From the NCBI GenBank assembly GCA_964455525.1, contig CAYVWR010000007.1, positions 117,169 through 181,168 of the forward strand: a stretch of DNA of 64,000 bases, given 5' to 3'. Within the stretch, counting starts at the first letter, position 1, and every line of letters begins with the position of its first letter. The stretch is from an uncultured Alphaproteobacteria bacterium (GTDB lineage: Bacteria > Bacteroidota > Ignavibacteria > OLB7). The notes beneath the pieces were generated by a model that was not told the DNA's origin, did no database searches, and saw nothing but the letters and a program-made list of their open reading frames with translations. Shown one piece after another: positions 1-9,538 of the stretch. A program made the position numbers and the translations under genes.

Positions 1-918
1 GAACCGGTCCATTGCATAACCACTGGCCATCAGGCCGGTCATGACCGAGCTGACGCCGGGGACGATTTTGGGTTCGACGCCCAGCTTACGGAGCTTGCTG
101 GAGAGGAGATTCCCCGGATCGGCCAGCACCGGAAGCCCGGCATCGGAGATCACGGCGATCTTCTTTCCCTTGCGGATCAGCTCTATCACCTCGTCGCTCG
201 ATTCATCCTCGTTATGCTCGTTCATCTCGATCAACTTCTTCGAGATGTTATAATTTCGGAGCAGGCGGGCGGCCGTCTTATACTCCTCGCAGACCACCAG
301 ATCGGCCATCTGCAATACATGGAGGGCACGGAAGGTGATATCATCACGGTTCCCGATGGGAACGCCGACCAGGGTTACGGTTCCGGCCATCTGCTCGGGG
401 CTCATGCCCGCTTCCATCTCATGCAGCTCGTCGCTATCCTCGTCGGCCTGGTCATCATCCTCGTCGATGATCCCATATGGCGGGATAACCTGTGAGTCCG
501 TGTCGTTCGGTTCATCATCGACGTTCGGCTGGCTCTGGTCGATCTCGGAGTCATCCTCCTCGACATCGAACTCATCGTCATTGAAATCCTCATCGAGATC
601 AGCATCGTCCTCGTCATCAGAGAGATCCTCATCGATCTCGGGATCGTTATCCTCCTCAGCGCTATCCTCAACAGGGGAGGAATCTGGCACGGCTGCCTGG
701 CTGGGGTCGATTATTGCGGCTTCATCCGCCGTGGGAATGGTCTGTGTATCGGTCTCACTAGGCTCTGCATCAGGCGATGCTGCGGTTGTCTCGGCGACGG
801 GAGTATCCAGGTGGCCCAACACGGGCTCACCCTCCGCTCCGGTTTCAGGCTCCGAGCCGATCTCGACTTCAGGCCGGTTGTCCTCGAGTTCGTCCGAATA
901 AGGGGTTGAATCTGCCAT
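1..918 (-). CDS. rsmI: 16S rRNA (cytidine1402-2'-O)-methyltransferase RsmI with long acidic N-terminal extension (3' end runs off the window)
   Basis: Hand translation from ATG 918 is open to the window edge. It contains GTVTLVGVPIGNRDDITFRALHVLQMADLVVCEE, ISDAGLPVLADPG and VPGVSSVMTGLMASG, typical of RsmI. It is absent from the ORF track because it is truncated. Confidence 0.9.
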   Translation of the reverse strand, partial: MADSTPYSDELEDNRPEVEIGSEPETGAEGEPVLGHLDTPVAETTAASPDAEPSETDTQTIPTADEAAIIDPSQAAVPDSSPVEDSAEEDNDPEIDEDLSDDEDDADLDEDFNDDEFDVEEDDSEIDQSQPNVDDEPNDTDSQVIPPYGIIDEDDDQADEDSDELHEMEAGMSPEQMAGTVTLVGVPIGNRDDITFRALHVLQMADLVVCEEYKTAARLLRNYNISKKLIEMNEHNEDESSDEVIELIRKGKKIAVISDAGLPVLADPGNLLSSKLRKLGVEPKIVPGVSSVMTGLMASGYAMDRF

Positions 919-998
919 AGGTAGCAATTACGAATATCTGATAAACGAAAGGCTCGGTCGAGCCATGAGCCAAACCGAAACGCACGGAATTTCCGTGC

Positions 999-2357
999 TC
1001 AGGTATGAGTGGAAGGGGGTACCGTAACTGGTTGGCGTGTTTCCACAGTTAGCCGGTACCATTCTTTGAAGAACATCAGGATGACCGCCGAGGCCGGAAC
1101 GGCGAACAGCAGGCCAACGAAGCCAAGGAAGTGAGAGAAAACAAAGAGCGATGCGATCAGCAGAACCGGATGCAGGCCAACACGATCGCCGATGATCCTT
1201 GGCTCGATCATATAGGCGTTCAATGCATGCAGGCCGAACACCATGATCGCGGTCATCAGCATGTTGTACCAGAACGAGTCCGGCACGAACAGATAGATTA
1301 TCATCGCCACGCCGAGGTTCATAAAGATTCCGATCGTAGGAATCAGGTTGAAGACGCCGGTGAGAATGCCTACCACGACCGCATAGGGAACGCCTGCAAT
1401 CGATAAAAAGGCGATGGCCATGCCCCCGACCAGCGATGAGGTGAGCAGGATACCTCGAAGATAGGCGCTGAGGATCACATCCACTTTCTTGACGTAGTAG
1501 ACATAGCGCGGATGATCCTGCAACAGCGTGCTTCTGACAAAGATCCTGATCCGCTCGAAGTCCAGAAGCAGATAGAAGGAGAGAATAGGGATCAACGCCA
1601 GGTTCACAACACCTTCGAGAATGGCGCTGACGTTCTTAATGAACTGCCCTACCTGTGTAAAGAGCCATTGTGCTATCTGCGTCACCTGTGGCTCGATGTT
1701 CTGCGAGACCAGATCCTGCGCCTGTTTCTGCGAAACCCCATAGCTGGTAAGCCATTCGATAAGCTTGTTCCTGTCCAGGAGCGAGCCTGCATCCTTTGCC
1801 AGGCTTTGCATGGAGTTGGAGAGGGTCTGGAACTGCTCAACAACGGTCGGGATCACAAAAAGCCCTATTGCCGTATAGACTCCCAGAATGCCGAACACGA
1901 TCAGCAGCGATGTAATCCATCGCGGTACCTTGCGTCGTGTTTGCAATGTCCCTACCAGTGGCGAGCAGAGATATGCGATGATAAAGGCGACGATAAAGGG
2001 AAAGAGCACGCCGCTCAAGTTGAAAAAAAGCCAGATTGCAAACGAGATGATCCCAAGCTGCATTGTGCGGCGGGGTACTATCACCCTGCGGAACGGATAC
2101 AGGAAGAAGATAAGCGCTGCAAGCGGGAAGATCGGGTGGATAAAGGAGGTTACCATGGACGCAAGAAGAAGCGCCAGGAACCCGAATCCCCCGACGAGGG
2201 CGAACATCTCCTGTGGCTGAATAGTGCGCCTGAGCATCCTGAGCGGACGATTGGCGCGCCGGTCGGCTGCCTGCTCCGCTACGATCTCCGCCGTCGTTTC
2301 GCTCTTCCGGTCAAGCTGCGATTCCTCTGGAACTGGAACGTGATCGCTCTCTGCCAT
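999..2357 (-). CDS. AI-2E (PerM/UPF0118) family transporter
   Basis: Multiple TM segments; PFIVAFIIAYLCSPLV, GVFNLIPTIG and IEPRIIGDRVGLHPVLLIASLFVFSHFLGFVGLLFAVP are family-typical. Confidence 0.88.
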   Translation of the reverse strand: MAESDHVPVPEESQLDRKSETTAEIVAEQAADRRANRPLRMLRRTIQPQEMFALVGGFGFLALLLASMVTSFIHPIFPLAALIFFLYPFRRVIVPRRTMQLGIISFAIWLFFNLSGVLFPFIVAFIIAYLCSPLVGTLQTRRKVPRWITSLLIVFGILGVYTAIGLFVIPTVVEQFQTLSNSMQSLAKDAGSLLDRNKLIEWLTSYGVSQKQAQDLVSQNIEPQVTQIAQWLFTQVGQFIKNVSAILEGVVNLALIPILSFYLLLDFERIRIFVRSTLLQDHPRYVYYVKKVDVILSAYLRGILLTSSLVGGMAIAFLSIAGVPYAVVVGILTGVFNLIPTIGIFMNLGVAMIIYLFVPDSFWYNMLMTAIMVFGLHALNAYMIEPRIIGDRVGLHPVLLIASLFVFSHFLGFVGLLFAVPASAVILMFFKEWYRLTVETRQPVTVPPSTHT

Positions 2358-2532
2358 AACGATATCGGTTGGTCTGAAATAATGGTTGAGCGCAGGTTAT
2401 CCGGCCTGCACGTATTCCGGACGGGGCGGGGAGGACCGTGTAGAAACAATGAACGGCACCTCCGAAACGCCACGTTGTTGCCGATACGTGCATTCCTGGT
2501 GCCATTATTTTTCGGTGGAAGGGGAAACGGCT

Positions 2533-2982
2533 CTACAGTGTGCCGGTACTGCCGAAGCCTCCGGCACCTCGATCGCTTTCGTCAAGGCGTTCTACCTGCT
2601 GCCACTGCACACGCTCATAGCGGGCAATGACCATCTGGGCGATCCGGTCCCCACGGTTGATCGTAAACGGCTCGGCTGCAAGGTTGATAAGGATCACCTG
2701 GATCTCTCCACGGTAATCTTCATCAACCGTGCCCGGTGTGTTCGGCATCGAGATGCCATGGCGGAGCGCAAGGCCGCTTCGCGGCCGTATCTGACACTCG
2801 TGGCCAGGGGGGAGGGCGATGGCGATGCCTGTTGGAACGGCAGCACGCTCTCCCGGTCCCAGCACCATCGGCTGGTCGATCGCAGCGCGAAGGTCCGCGC
2901 CGGCGGCTCCCGCGCTTGCATACGCCGGGAGGGGAAGATCCTCAAAGCCGTCGCGTACACGGCTGATAGCAATACGGAGCAT
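2533..2982 (-). CDS. dut: dUTP diphosphatase
   Basis: [35 protein letters not shown] and [10 protein letters not shown] motifs; ATG 2982 chosen as start. Confidence 0.95.
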   Translation of the reverse strand: MLRIAISRVRDGFEDLPLPAYASAGAAGADLRAAIDQPMVLGPGERAAVPTGIAIALPPGHECQIRPRSGLALRHGISMPNTPGTVDEDYRGEIQVILINLAAEPFTINRGDRIAQMVIARYERVQWQQVERLDESDRGAGGFGSTGTL

Positions 2983-3368
2983 ACAGGGCGTTGCGTTGTA
3001 GGTTTGAGTAAGGCGCCTGGCTGGCCGCTCATCGGTGGATGCGATCCACCGCATGAGCACGCTTCCGGGCGTATTCCGTTCTGCCGCAAACCGCCATGCC
3101 GGTCCGGGCAACGGCGGGCTTGTCTATAAGGCGGATTTGGATGAATCCGGCCTGCCCCGTTTCGTTTCCCACTGCCGCTGCCGGCCGACAACGGCATACA
3201 AAAGGCAAGCATGGAGCATGCCAGGAAATGCTCTGCCGCCGGTAATGCATCGCCCTGCCTGCCGGAGGGCTGCCGATACTGACGTACCACCGCCCTCAAC
3301 ATTTCCCTTCCGGCCGGATTGCAGGTCCTTGCCGCGCAATGCCGGCCGTGCCCTTTCAGTCCAGGCCG

Positions 3369-4535
3369 TTACTTGAACGCATCCAATCCTGTGATATCGG
3401 CGCCCAGGATAAGCGTATGGATATCGTGTGTTCCCTCGTAGGTCTTTACCGATTCCAGATTGGCCGCGTGGCGCATGATCGGGTATTCATCGAGGATGCC
3501 ATTGGCACCGTGCAGATCGCGGGCCATCCGTGCGCACTCCAGTGCCATCCAGACGTTGTTTCGCTTGGCAAGCGAGACCTGCTGGGTGGTCATCTTCCCC
3601 TCATCCTTCAATCTTCCAAGACGATACGAGAGAAGCTGGCCCTTGGTGATCTCGTTGAGCATCCAGACGAGCTTCTCCTGGACAAGCTGGAATCCACCGA
3701 TCGGGCGATCGAACTGGACACGGGTGGTCGCATAGTTCACCGAGGATTCGTAAACCGCGATAGCCGCGCCGATTGCTCCCCAGCTTATGCCATACCGTGC
3801 CTGGGTAAGACAGGAGAGCGGGCCACGCAGACCCTGGACATCCGGGAAGATATGGCTCTTCGGGATCTCGCAATCCTGAAACACAAGCTCGCTTGTCACC
3901 GATGCACGGAGCGAATGTTTCCCCTTCATTTCCGGTGCGGTAAAGCCGGGGGTCCCCTTCTCGACCAGGAATCCACGAATCTTACCGTCAAGCTTTGCCC
4001 AGACCACCGCTATATCGGCAATGCTGCCGTTGGTGATCCACATCTTTGCGCCGTTCAGGAGATAGCCATGATCGGTCTCGCGTGCATTGGTGAGCATGCC
4101 GCTTGGATTGGAGCCGAAATCGGGTTCGGTCAGGCCAAAGCAGCCTAAAGCGTCGCCGCTTGCCAGACGGGGAAGCCAGCGGTGCTTCAGCTCCTCTGTT
4201 GCATACTTCCAGATCGGATACATCACGAGCGATCCCTGTACCGAAACGCAGCTTCTGATCCCTGAATCCCCTCGCTCCAGCTCCTGGCAGATCAGGCCGT
4301 AACAGACGGAATTAAGCCCGCCGCCGCCGTATTCCTCGGGGATCGTGGGGCCGAACATGCCGAGTTCGCCGAATCGCTTGACAAGATGGGCGGGGAAGGT
4401 CGCCTCCCGGTTATGCTTCTCGATGATCGGAAGCACTTCGTCATCGACGAAGGTCCGTACCGTGTCGCGTACCATCCGCTCCTCGTTGCTCAACAGGGAG
4501 TCGATGTCGTAGTAGTCAGGGATCGTAATAGGCAT
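3369..4535 (-). CDS. gcdH: Acyl-CoA dehydrogenase, glutaryl-CoA dehydrogenase-like
   Basis: GCFGLTEPDFGSNP, LNGAKMWITNG, ARYGISWGAIG and TYEGTHDIHTLILG match the GCDH-type ACAD pattern. Confidence 0.8.
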   Translation of the reverse strand: MPITIPDYYDIDSLLSNEERMVRDTVRTFVDDEVLPIIEKHNREATFPAHLVKRFGELGMFGPTIPEEYGGGGLNSVCYGLICQELERGDSGIRSCVSVQGSLVMYPIWKYATEELKHRWLPRLASGDALGCFGLTEPDFGSNPSGMLTNARETDHGYLLNGAKMWITNGSIADIAVVWAKLDGKIRGFLVEKGTPGFTAPEMKGKHSLRASVTSELVFQDCEIPKSHIFPDVQGLRGPLSCLTQARYGISWGAIGAAIAVYESSVNYATTRVQFDRPIGGFQLVQEKLVWMLNEITKGQLLSYRLGRLKDEGKMTTQQVSLAKRNNVWMALECARMARDLHGANGILDEYPIMRHAANLESVKTYEGTHDIHTLILGADITGLDAFK

Positions 4536-4905
4536 TGTTCTGGTACTATGGTTCTCGAGGCTCCGGAACTAATCCAGCAAATATATATGGTTGCCGGGAA
4601 CTGCACCGTCTTCCGCTTTGCAAGAACATGTATTTGCCGGGGGGCTTGTAGCTCCTATCCGGTCCGTTTGTTATTGAGAGAGACCCCGTAGATCGGTTGT
4701 GCAGCCGGAAATCCTCTCGGGTGTGTTATGAACGTTATTTGTTGCAACCACGGCAATTATCGAGGCGATGCATCACTCCCCTATATGGCAGCCAGAGCTG
4801 CTCCTCTGGAAGGAGGGCGTCGGCCTGTCGGCGAACATCGAATAGGGCCATGATACGCCGCCGCTCTCTGTGCTGTGCAATCGCTGCAAGCTTGCAGGGA
4901 AGCAG

Positions 4906-4939
4906 CACGGGTCCGTGCGCTGGCATGCACGGACCCGTG
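4906..4939. terminator. Perfect 13-bp inverted repeat just downstream of the T9SS cargo gene
   Basis: CACGGGTCCGTGC, 8-nt loop, GCACGGACCCGTG. There is no clear U-tract, so a terminator role is uncertain. Confidence 0.4.
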
Positions 4940-4968
4940 AGATGATTTCCGATGAGCGATGGCAGGTC

Positions 4969-6783
4969 TTAGTTGTCGAGCACGACAACACGTGTGGTTC
5001 GTATGGTCTGGCCGATACGCACGCTGATCTGGTAGGCGCCAGGAGTCCACCCAAGGGTCTTCACCGAATGCATGGCTGCGCCGGCAGCGTTGAGCGTGAC
5101 CGATTCCTGGTGGACGGTCCGTCCCATGATGTCGGAGATGGTAACCTCCAGAGGCATCTGAGAATGGAGATCGAAGTCGAGCGTGAGGGTCTGGCCGCTG
5201 GAGAGGGGGTTGGGATAGCTCCGCACAGCACCCTCGGAGAAGTTGATGGTTGCCGAGGATTCCACCATGGGCGCCTTGGGATAGATATAGCAGAGCTGCG
5301 CTGCCCAGAATCGTGGGGTTGCAGGGAAAGCCGTTGGCCAGCAGCTCGCCGTGAGAGGATTCTGGGCGACAGATATGCATGTTACCCCGATCGGCGCCGA
5401 GCTGGTCTGGATGGTAAAGGCCACCTCGTTGCAAAGGCTGGAAAGATTCAGATCGGTCTTGATAAGGTACATCTGCTCGGGATCTGTTGTGCCGATCAGG
5501 TTGGAGCTTCTTGTAAACCCTGCAACCACAAAGCCTGGCGTCTCGGTGGCGCTGGAGTTGGTGGCGATGTTCACCGACCAACCTTCGTCGGTGCCGACGC
5601 CACCATAGGCCATGCCGGTCCCAACCGGTGCCATGTTGCCGGTGCTATAAAGCTGGAGAAAGGCGTTCTGTCCGGCTACGGCTGCATTGCCGAAATTGGT
5701 ATACCCGGTGACGATCACCTCGTGTACGGCGGCTGGGGAGAATGGGTTTTCCTTCACATCGAGCGCGCCATCCGCGGTTGTGCCGTTGTCTCCTGTGACG
5801 CTGAAGGCGAGCATGGTGCAGGGGTGTGGCCCGATCTCCAGCATGAGAATCTCGTTGTTGCCACTTGGCAGCAAGCCGCTGCGTGTCATCCCTGCAATCA
5901 CAAAGTTGCCGGTGCTGGCGCCCTGCTGAATCTCGATGACCGCCCGACCTTCGTCATAGTTCGGGCCACCGTACAGGGCTGCTCCCTGCATCAGCGTGGT
6001 GTTGATGGAACCATCCACGCCGCTAACGCGCACCACAAATACCTCATTGTTTCCGGTAGTGGTGGGGGGGCCGGAAACCCCTACCGCCACCAGATCGGCT
6101 CCGGTAGATGCCAGGCTTGAGAGCGTAGCCTCGCATACACTATAGAAGATATCCCTGTTGCCAGCGCCGATTGCGTCGTAGGTCTGCCCCCAGATCATAT
6201 TCAGATTCTGATCGGTGCGCAGGATGTACCCGTCGACACTGCCAGCCGGGCCGCTTGAACCAACTACCACATAGTCTCCCGGATTGGTGGTGGTGCCATT
6301 GCCGGTGGTGGTCTCGATCAGCCCCCAGGCCATCTCGTCGAACGTTGAGCCATAGGTGTTCACCAGAAGCACACCTCCGGTACTATTGATCTTCAACAGA
6401 AAGATATCCCGGCTGTTGGTGCAGGGGGTGCTGGGGCCGGTAACGCCACAGATCACAAAATCGCCTGTGGTGGTTTCGATCACATTGGTGGCGGAATCGA
6501 ACGGGGAGAGGTTGTAGGTGTACGACCAGAGAAGCGTGCCATCTGGATTGGTACGGACCACATAGATATCCGATGTGCCGCAGGTGGCGGTTGTGGAATA
6601 GGATTCACCAACGGCGATATAGCCTCCGCCCGCGAGCTGTTTTACGCCGGAGTGCCCAGCCTCACGGCAGCCTGCGGCGCCATATACCGCTTGAAAACGT
6701 TGTGCCATCAGGTCGGTTCCTGCAACGGTGAGGATTGTGATAATGGCCAGCAATAGCCTGTGATAGATTGGGGGTGTACTCAT
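4969..6783 (-). CDS. Secreted beta-propeller-like protein with T9SS type A C-terminal sorting domain
   Basis: Signal peptide from ATG 6783 (MSTPPIYHRLLLAIITILTVAGTDLMAQ); repeated YG-x-D-x-G...GxFVIxG blades; CTD motifs YPNP, ISDIMGR, GAYQISV and TRVVV. Confidence 0.85.
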   Translation of the reverse strand: MSTPPIYHRLLLAIITILTVAGTDLMAQRFQAVYGAAGCREAGHSGVKQLAGGGYIAVGESYSTTATCGTSDIYVVRTNPDGTLLWSYTYNLSPFDSATNVIETTTGDFVICGVTGPSTPCTNSRDIFLLKINSTGGVLLVNTYGSTFDEMAWGLIETTTGNGTTTNPGDYVVVGSSGPAGSVDGYILRTDQNLNMIWGQTYDAIGAGNRDIFYSVCEATLSSLASTGADLVAVGVSGPPTTTGNNEVFVVRVSGVDGSINTTLMQGAALYGGPNYDEGRAVIEIQQGASTGNFVIAGMTRSGLLPSGNNEILMLEIGPHPCTMLAFSVTGDNGTTADGALDVKENPFSPAAVHEVIVTGYTNFGNAAVAGQNAFLQLYSTGNMAPVGTGMAYGGVGTDEGWSVNIATNSSATETPGFVVAGFTRSSNLIGTTDPEQMYLIKTDLNLSSLCNEVAFTIQTSSAPIGVTCISVAQNPLTASCWPTAFPATPRFWAAQLCYIYPKAPMVESSATINFSEGAVRSYPNPLSSGQTLTLDFDLHSQMPLEVTISDIMGRTVHQESVTLNAAGAAMHSVKTLGWTPGAYQISVRIGQTIRTTRVVVLDN

Positions 6784-6883
6784 CGTACGGTTACTCCTTC
6801 GCAATGCGATTGTATATAGTGTGATGTCCTGGTTGTGCCAGGCTTTCCCGGGAGGAGCTACGCGATCGGAACTATCCGTATAG

Positions 6884-6923
6884 CCAGCAGGGCAGAGGGT
6901 GGGCGCACTATCTGCCCTGCTGG
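6884..6923. other. 13-bp stem-loop in the upstream region of the T9SS cargo gene
   Basis: CCAGCAGGGCAGA (6884-6896) pairs with TCTGCCCTGCTGG (6911-6923). Confidence 0.5.
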
Positions 6924-7041
6924 AGGATCGTTGTCGCAGCTTCCGAATCGTTGCTCTGCATGGTGATAGGGGGGGGGGAAGCGGCCAGGCGGATGCATAT
7001 CCGTTGCTGGTACTTCCTGGCGTGATGGGCGATGCGGGCAC

Positions 7042-7294
7042 CGTCAGGATGTGGACGGTCGTATGGTAAAAGTGCAGTAGAGAATGGTACGATGGGAGTA
7101 CATCTTTGGGTACCCCTATAGGTACCATCGGTGGCCGTGATTTCCATTCGGCAGGCCTGCTGAACCATGTTCTCATGGCCTGTTTATTATCGCAGAGTTG
7201 CCGTGATCTGGTGCTCTCCCGTTCCCGGTTGCCGGGGGGGCTGTTCCCCATGTTTCGGGGCCGTACGATATCAGCGTACCATTTTTCCGGCATC
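7042..7294 (+). repeat. Diverged non-coding tandem duplication, copy 1
   Basis: Aligns ungapped at a 319-bp offset to 7361 onward for about 190 nt; core 7095-7126 is 30/32 identical to 7414-7445. Confidence 0.8.
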
Positions 7295-7360
7295 GGCGTG
7301 AGACCGCATGCGGCGTCGCCACCGTGGTATACGATCCAATGGTGCTGAGTGTGAGGGGAT

Positions 7361-7623
7361 CGTCAGGATATAGGCGATTATGCTGCAAAGCTGCGATATG
7401 GCAGGATGCCGCAGGAGTACATCCTTGGGTACCCCTATGGGTACCTCCGGTGCTGAGGATTATGGCCTGGCGGCCTCCCTGAATCACTTTCTCACGGTCG
7501 GTTTACTATCGGTGAACGGCCGGGATTCGGTAATTTCTCGCTTGCAGCGGCAGGCGCGGGTGCATTTCCCACGTTTCGGCGCTATACGAAATCAGATCAT
7601 CCTTATTTATTGTCACCGGCATG
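7361..7623 (+). repeat. Diverged non-coding tandem duplication, copy 2 (ends at the polX start codon)
   Basis: Shares CGTCAGGAT, GGAGTACATCYTTGGGTACCCCTATRGGTACC, TACGAWATCAG and CCGGCAT with copy 1. Confidence 0.8.
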
Positions 7624-9378
7624 ACCGCACGCGACATCGCCAATGTTCTGTACGACATCGAGATCTTCCTGCAACTCCATGGCGAGAACGATTTCAAGAG
7701 CAGGGCCTATGGCCGCGCCGCGCGGGCTTTGGAGACCAGCACGTTCGATGTCGAGGGAGCGGTGCGCGCCGGCCTGCCGATCGATGTTCCCGGCGTGGGT
7801 AAGTCGCTGGCCTCGGAGATCGCCGAGATCGTTCAGACCGGCACGGCGGCCCAGCTTGAGGAACTCCGTGCTGCCACTCCTGCCGGCCTGCTCGATATCC
7901 TTCAGATACGGGGGCTTGGCGCCAAGAAGGTTCGGACTCTGCACCTTCAGCTTGGCGTGGAGTCGCTTGCGGATCTGGAACGGGCGGCGGTGGAAGGACT
8001 GATAGCGAACGTGGCCGGTTTTGGAAAGAAATCGCAGGATAATATCATTGCGGGCATCCGGGAACTGGCGACCCATCAGTCGAAATTCCGAATCAATATT
8101 GCCACGAAGCTTGGCGAGGATCTGCTTGGCGTGTTACAGGGGTTGCCATCGGTGGTGCGTGCGGCCATTGCCGGACGCCTCCGAAGAGGAGCCGAGGAGT
8201 TCGATTCCCTTACCTTTGTGGTGGAATCTGCCGATCCCGATGGGCTTCTTCGCGAGCTTGGTGCCGCCGCGGTCGTAAGCGATGTGGCGCTCGATGGTGG
8301 GGAGATCACGGCGTTGACCGAGGAGGGATATCCGGTCCTGATCGCTGTCGCTTCTGCGGAGAATTTCGTCGCGCTTCTGCATGGGCGCACTGGCGCCAGC
8401 GATTATGTGTCCATGATCTCGATCCCTCTTGCCCAGCGTGGCTACGATCTGCGCCAGGATGGGCTGTATAAAGATGATGAGATGGTGCAGCTTGGCATGG
8501 AGGAGGAGATATTCCGGCATGCCGGGGCACAGTATATCCCGCCGGAACTGCGAGAGGGGCTTGATGAGGTGCGCAGCGCTCTTGATGGGGAATTGCCGGA
8601 GCTGGTGCGTGCGGACGATCTGCACGGCATGCTCCATGTGCACTCTACCTGGAGCGATGGCCGCAGCTCTATCGCCGATATCGCCGAGCATGTCCGGGGG
8701 CTTGGCTACCGGTATCTGCTGATGACCGACCACTCCAAGGCCGCCTCCTATGCCAATGGGCTTGATGAGTTCCGCCTGCAAGCACAGGGGATGGAGATCG
8801 ACCAGATCAACCGTGCCTACGATCCGGCGGAGTTCCGGGTGCTGAAGGGGATCGAATGTGATATCCTCGGCGATGGCTCGCTCGATCTGAGCGAGGATGC
8901 TCTGGCAGCGCTCGATGCGGTGATAATCTCCGTCCATTCACAGTTCTCGTTGCCGATGGAGGCGCAAACCGAGCGGATCTGCCGTGCGCTGGAGAATCCT
9001 CTCTCCACGATTCTGGGACATTCCACCGGTCGGCTTATCCTGAAGCGCAAGGGATACGACGTCGATCTGCATCGTGTGATCTGCACGGCTGCCGAGCATG
9101 GGAAGTCTATTGAACTGAACTGCAATCCGTTCCGGCTGGATCTGAGCTGGCGGATGGTGAACTATGCCGTGCGCAAGGGGGTGCCGATCGCAATCAACCC
9201 AGACGCCCATTCCCTCGCCGATTTCGGTAATATGCGTTATGGCGTTACGATGGCACGAAAAGGGTGGCTGACCCCGCACATGACCCTGAACGCGCTGAGT
9301 GCTGAAGGGTTCCTTGAGTTCGCTTCGGGCACGCGCCGCAATGCCCCACGGGGAGCCGATACCGATTCCCTGCCGTAG
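7621..9378 (+). CDS. polX: PolX-PHP family protein with non-canonical polymerase active site
   Basis: N-terminal 8-kDa and HhH domains (AYGRAA, VPGVGK, IRGLGAKK); PHP motifs HVHSTWSDG, TDHS, GIECDI, GHSTGRL and INPDAH. Confidence 0.92.
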   Translation: MTARDIANVLYDIEIFLQLHGENDFKSRAYGRAARALETSTFDVEGAVRAGLPIDVPGVGKSLASEIAEIVQTGTAAQLEELRAATPAGLLDILQIRGLGAKKVRTLHLQLGVESLADLERAAVEGLIANVAGFGKKSQDNIIAGIRELATHQSKFRINIATKLGEDLLGVLQGLPSVVRAAIAGRLRRGAEEFDSLTFVVESADPDGLLRELGAAAVVSDVALDGGEITALTEEGYPVLIAVASAENFVALLHGRTGASDYVSMISIPLAQRGYDLRQDGLYKDDEMVQLGMEEEIFRHAGAQYIPPELREGLDEVRSALDGELPELVRADDLHGMLHVHSTWSDGRSSIADIAEHVRGLGYRYLLMTDHSKAASYANGLDEFRLQAQGMEIDQINRAYDPAEFRVLKGIECDILGDGSLDLSEDALAALDAVIISVHSQFSLPMEAQTERICRALENPLSTILGHSTGRLILKRKGYDVDLHRVICTAAEHGKSIELNCNPFRLDLSWRMVNYAVRKGVPIAINPDAHSLADFGNMRYGVTMARKGWLTPHMTLNALSAEGFLEFASGTRRNAPRGADTDSLP

Positions 9379-9538
9379 GGTGGGTGGGGCGGTCGGGGGG
9401 TAGTCGTATGGCACCGGCCGAAGGCAGGTTTGGCATAGATGCTCCTGCCTGTATATTCTGTTGCTCGTACCGAGTAGCGATAATAACGCGATCGAGGGGG
9501 ATGCCCGCGATCGGCATCATCAATTACTTGCGACATTG

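Noticed and set aside
335-901. Ser-rich + strand ORF (188 aa) and other short ORFs at 41-671
   Set aside because: Antisense or alternate-frame shadows of the acidic rsmI extension; GAT/GAG codons read as Ser/Ile on the other strand.
7106-7487. Small ORFs in the duplicated region (7106-7348, 7380 onward, 7173-7487) as a pair of paralogous peptides
   Set aside because: Substitutions between copies are evenly spread over codon positions (12/13/14), and the starts and stops do not correspond.
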